DNA from: Lepidodermella squamata
Lineage: Eukaryota > Animalia > Gastrotricha
Direction: 5' to 3'
Assembly (NCBI GenBank): GCA_047495785.1
Contig: JBLDXI010000054.1
Coordinates: 1,984,001-2,048,000, forward strand
DNA: 64,000 bases
Every line of letters begins with the position of its first letter. The stretch's first letter is position 1. Below are positions 60,897 to 64,000 of this stretch, one piece after another. The position numbers and the translations under genes are program-made. Below the pieces are notes generated by a model. The model had not been told where the DNA came from and searched no databases. It saw only the letters and a program-made list of their open reading frames with translations.

Positions 60897-61919
60897 ATGA
60901 CGTCGACAGCCCGACTGGATAAGACGACAACAGAGCAAACGACACCATCGCATGCGAGACGAAAACGACGTCAATTTATTGATACAGAGCTGCTAGAATC
61001 ATCTGAGATACGGGACAGAAAGCGGGCTAGAAGAATGGATCGTAACGCGGTTGACAGTCAAGACGAATCAAGTCTCAGCCCGGCGTCTATCGGCCGTACA
61101 CGTCTGGCACCAAAACGTAAATATCACTCACAACAATGTCAACTGCTCAGAGTGATCCCTCTTCATTACGCCAAAGATGACCGTTGTGTCATTTCCGCGT
61201 TTTATCTCATCAATTTCTACCAGCCTATCATCACCTGCAATGAAGGAAAATTTTACATTTCATCTTCACTTCTTAGAACATGTCGAAGGTCAAACAACAC
61301 AGTAACATGCCCCTGGAAAGTCTATGCAGAAAGAATCAAAGTAGAATGGATGCATCCGGAAAATAAAGACCGACAGGACCACTGCATAGTAAGTTCATCA
61401 TTTTGCGAAATTTTGCCACCATGGATTCGATTAGGCAACAACAAATTCTGGTTATCACAAGCAATTCGGATAACGTCAGCAAACATTACTTCATATATAT
61501 CCGCAGCCACTGTCTTAACACTGGCGGCGGGTGCAGACATTTTTTTCATTGACCGACAAATACACATTTATAACCGCAACAACACCTCGACAGCTGCCAA
61601 CGAAAAGCTGTGGCAACTTGACGACAGCCTTATAACGGTCCATGCTGTAGACGAGCAGCTATGTTATGGCTCTTATGACACCTACAGCACCGGCAGGTTG
61701 ATATGGTGGGGAATGGCTTTCATAGCCATCGTAGCCTTGGCAACACTATTGCTCTTCACAGCAGTGAGATGGCCGGCCAGCAGCAAAATTAGGTGTAAGA
61801 ATCAGAGAGCCATCAGTATGGATGATTTCGAGATCCTTCCATCGGCGAAAAATATTCACGGAGGGAGGGCTGGATTGAAGCCAAAAAGACAAAAGAAGTG
61901 CACTCTGACGGCTATATAA
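60897..61919 (+). CDS. ORF3, env-like membrane glycoprotein
   Basis: Lies directly after pol; Cys-rich ectodomain with NxT sequons; single C-terminal TM LIWWGMAFIAIVALATLLLFTAV and basic tail; no signal peptide in the ORF. Confidence 0.6.
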   Translation: MTSTARLDKTTTEQTTPSHARRKRRQFIDTELLESSEIRDRKRARRMDRNAVDSQDESSLSPASIGRTRLAPKRKYHSQQCQLLRVIPLHYAKDDRCVISAFYLINFYQPIITCNEGKFYISSSLLRTCRRSNNTVTCPWKVYAERIKVEWMHPENKDRQDHCIVSSSFCEILPPWIRLGNNKFWLSQAIRITSANITSYISAATVLTLAAGADIFFIDRQIHIYNRNNTSTAANEKLWQLDDSLITVHAVDEQLCYGSYDTYSTGRLIWWGMAFIAIVALATLLLFTAVRWPASSKIRCKNQRAISMDDFEILPSAKNIHGGRAGLKPKRQKKCTLTAI

Positions 61920-62008
61920 ACGGCGAAATAACAAACAAAATCACACTGACACAAATATTTATTTTCTGCATTTTAAATTTTTTTTCAAACCATCAACAAG
62001 TATCAGCC

Positions 62009-62770
62009 ATGCGGCCGCCATCTGTATCTGAGGAGGAATCCGTGGCCGAATATCCGCCGCCTCAACCGCCACAACCTAATGCTGAATATGGCCCTGAAAG
62101 CAACCCGCCGTCTCCGCCCATACTGCCAGCCAACGCTCGAGATTTCGTTTATCGAGACGGGTTCCAACGCAACAACACGTGGTTGCACGATGACGGCACC
62201 GTTTCACAAGTAACGACTCGCTTCACTGAGGCGGAAAACGAAGCGCCGTTTTTGTACAGGCGCCTCGCCAACGCCCAGCCAGATGGCCCTCGCGTTACCA
62301 TGATGCTGCAGGCAGTGCCATCCTCCTTGAAGCCGGCGTCAGTTCTGCCCGATAGAATGCCGGACGAAGGGGCGCTGCACACGCTCGAGTACCGCACGTG
62401 GCGGGTCATCTTTACCGAACGCATCATGCGCTTGGTAACGCCGCGTACCAGACTGGAGCAGGTGCTGGGAACGACAGATATCCCGCGGCTGGAATACAAC
62501 TCGTTGACATTAAATGCGCGTATTACCCTGCCAGCGCGATTCAATTTGTGGCAGACGCAACCATTTTCGGAACTCGAGGAAATTACTCTGATGAGTAACG
62601 ATTGGAACTCGGAGTTCTATGTTGGAGGCGGAGTTCGACAGGTCCCCTGCAACCGAATGTTGGACCAACACATCTTCTTAGATGACCTGGCTTACATGAG
62701 GCAGTTGAATGCGGAGGGATATCTCATCAACCCCAGTCTTCCGCACGGCTTCCCCGACCAGCCGATGTAA
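62009..62770 (+). CDS. ORF4, orphan protein (253 aa, Pro/Glu-rich N-terminus)
   Basis: GCCATG start context, long open frame, TATATAAA at 61913 and AATAAA at 62879. Confidence 0.6.
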   Translation: MRPPSVSEEESVAEYPPPQPPQPNAEYGPESNPPSPPILPANARDFVYRDGFQRNNTWLHDDGTVSQVTTRFTEAENEAPFLYRRLANAQPDGPRVTMMLQAVPSSLKPASVLPDRMPDEGALHTLEYRTWRVIFTERIMRLVTPRTRLEQVLGTTDIPRLEYNSLTLNARITLPARFNLWQTQPFSELEEITLMSNDWNSEFYVGGGVRQVPCNRMLDQHIFLDDLAYMRQLNAEGYLINPSLPHGFPDQPM

Positions 62771-62897
62771 GCAGACGCGTAAGCCGTTGCCGTTGCCGAT
62801 GTAAATACTAATTCTATTTGTAGAGTTTAAAATTACTAACCGTGCTGCACATGTACATAGCACCTTTTTGTCATTATGAATAAACTAAGGGGAAAGG

Positions 62898-63326
62898 TGT
62901 AAAAAGGTGATAAGATGTGTGTGTGTACTCACGTATAATTGGCGACTGGCCAAGGAAGTTGGCAGTCGGCCAAGGGAATAAAATAACGTGGTTGGCAACT
63001 GGCCAAGGAGTTTGGCAGTTGGCCATGGAATGTCGGCATCGAGCCAACACAAGAATTAAACATAAATATACTAAATTCCTTAGATCTATCCGGCCTATAT
63101 AAGCGCCGTTGAAAACGTGCAAGAATCATCATTTTATGCAAATAATAAAACCTTTGATTTATACTCTTGGACTTAGCATTTTCGCGACTTTCTTTTGGTT
63201 GCTATTGTATTTCATTTACAAGAAGTTTTACGAGCCGCATATTAATCCTTCGCAGGAATAATTCAGTAGTACAAGAACTCACGAGAGATATTACTTTTCA
63301 TTAGTTTACAAAGTTTCCGTACTACA
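62898..63326 (+). repeat. 3' LTR
   Basis: Direct repeat of 55642-56070. Confidence 0.95.
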
Positions 63327-63585
63327 CTAAAAGCAACGTCTCCTTAGCAACTAAGAAAAAAACGTAGTTAAGCACTTATGATTCATCGCTAGCTCTTTTA
63401 CAGCCCTCGTTAGCTGCATCCCTAGATAAGTGCACGACCCACAGCCCCGACCCCGTGCACTAATCGAGGGAGCACTGTAGTCGGAATTCGGACATTAAAA
63501 TTTCAAATGTGGTCGAGGCTATGTGCACCGTGCACCCCAAAAAAGGTACAACCAACAGCCAAGTTGCTACCTGTACCCAACGGGT

Positions 63586-63616
<31 letters not shown>
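63586..63616. repeat. (CAT)n microsatellite
   Basis: About ten tandem cat units. Confidence 0.85.
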
Positions 63617-63617
<1 letters not shown>

Positions 63618-64000
63618 TTTATTCGTAAATTGATATTTACAGGATTAGAAGAGCAGGCCACTTACACTAACCCAGGGTTTTTTTTAAGATTTCGTTTGGT
63701 GTTTACAAAATCTTGTTTGGTATTTACACATAAAAACCTTAAAAACTTTGCGAATTAGCGGATGCACTGAACTTCCCGGCGGCTGATTTGGCATGCACCG
63801 CACCCCGTTTTTTTGACAGAAAAATTCGCGGAAAATTCCATGTCAAACGTTTTTAACCTTCAATATTCAATATGCTGCATGGTCGAAATAAGAATACCTA
63901 TAGCATATCTACCTCCGCGAGCGAAGCGAGCTTTAGCTAACGGTTTCTTTCTATAATTTTAGTTGAAAATAGTCTAAAATTGATTCGACATTACGAGTGA

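Larger units (their letters stand above)
55642..63326 (+). mobile_element. Full-length Ty3/gypsy LTR retrotransposon with two extra 3' ORFs
   Basis: 429-bp TG..CA LTRs with no differences seen by eye; 5-bp TSD CTAAA; PBS-like TGGTGGCC at ~56078; polypurine tract aaggggaaagg before the 3' LTR; PR-RT-RH-IN domain order. Confidence 0.95.
54519..63477. mobile_element. TA-flanked TIR element (pogo/Tc1-mariner-like, non-autonomous) that hosts the LTR element
   Basis: cagtgctccctcgctaagtgcac versus gtgcactaatcgagggagcactg, each flanked by TA; it sits next to a (TAA)n tract. Confidence 0.8.

Noticed and set aside
63507-63758. Poly-His ORF
   Set aside because: Arises from the (CAT)n microsatellite.

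Overview
Eukaryotic genomic DNA, most likely an invertebrate animal (GT-AG introns mostly 30-110 nt, nuclear receptors, GPCRs, TTAGGG tract). It is a dense accessory region built from tandem duplications. (1) 1-19.3 kb: a segmental duplication (901-11416 vs 14861-19334) carries a 3-exon signal-peptide + ankyrin-repeat gene and a small secreted Ser/Thr-rich gene. The left copy has taken up a full-length RTE LINE and five TIR elements, each confirmed by its empty site in the right copy. (2) 19.3-25.4 kb: a multi-homeodomain gene converges on a kinase-pseudokinase-ankyrin gene. (3) 26-54 kb: five paralogous nuclear receptor units (three with two DNA-binding domains, one with a decayed first DBD, one LBD-only) are interleaved with four paralogues of an unrecognised secreted precursor family (ARR..KC-x9-CDNRVGFYxWAQL), plus a GABA-B-like class C GPCR and a class A GPCR. 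(4) 54.5-63.5 kb: a young Ty3/gypsy element with an env-like ORF3 and an orphan ORF4 is nested in a TA-flanked TIR element. The best candidate for an undescribed system is the co-expanded 2-DBD nuclear receptor / secreted peptide cluster. All gene models were assembled by eye from splice signals, reading phase and paralogue comparison; no database searches were run.
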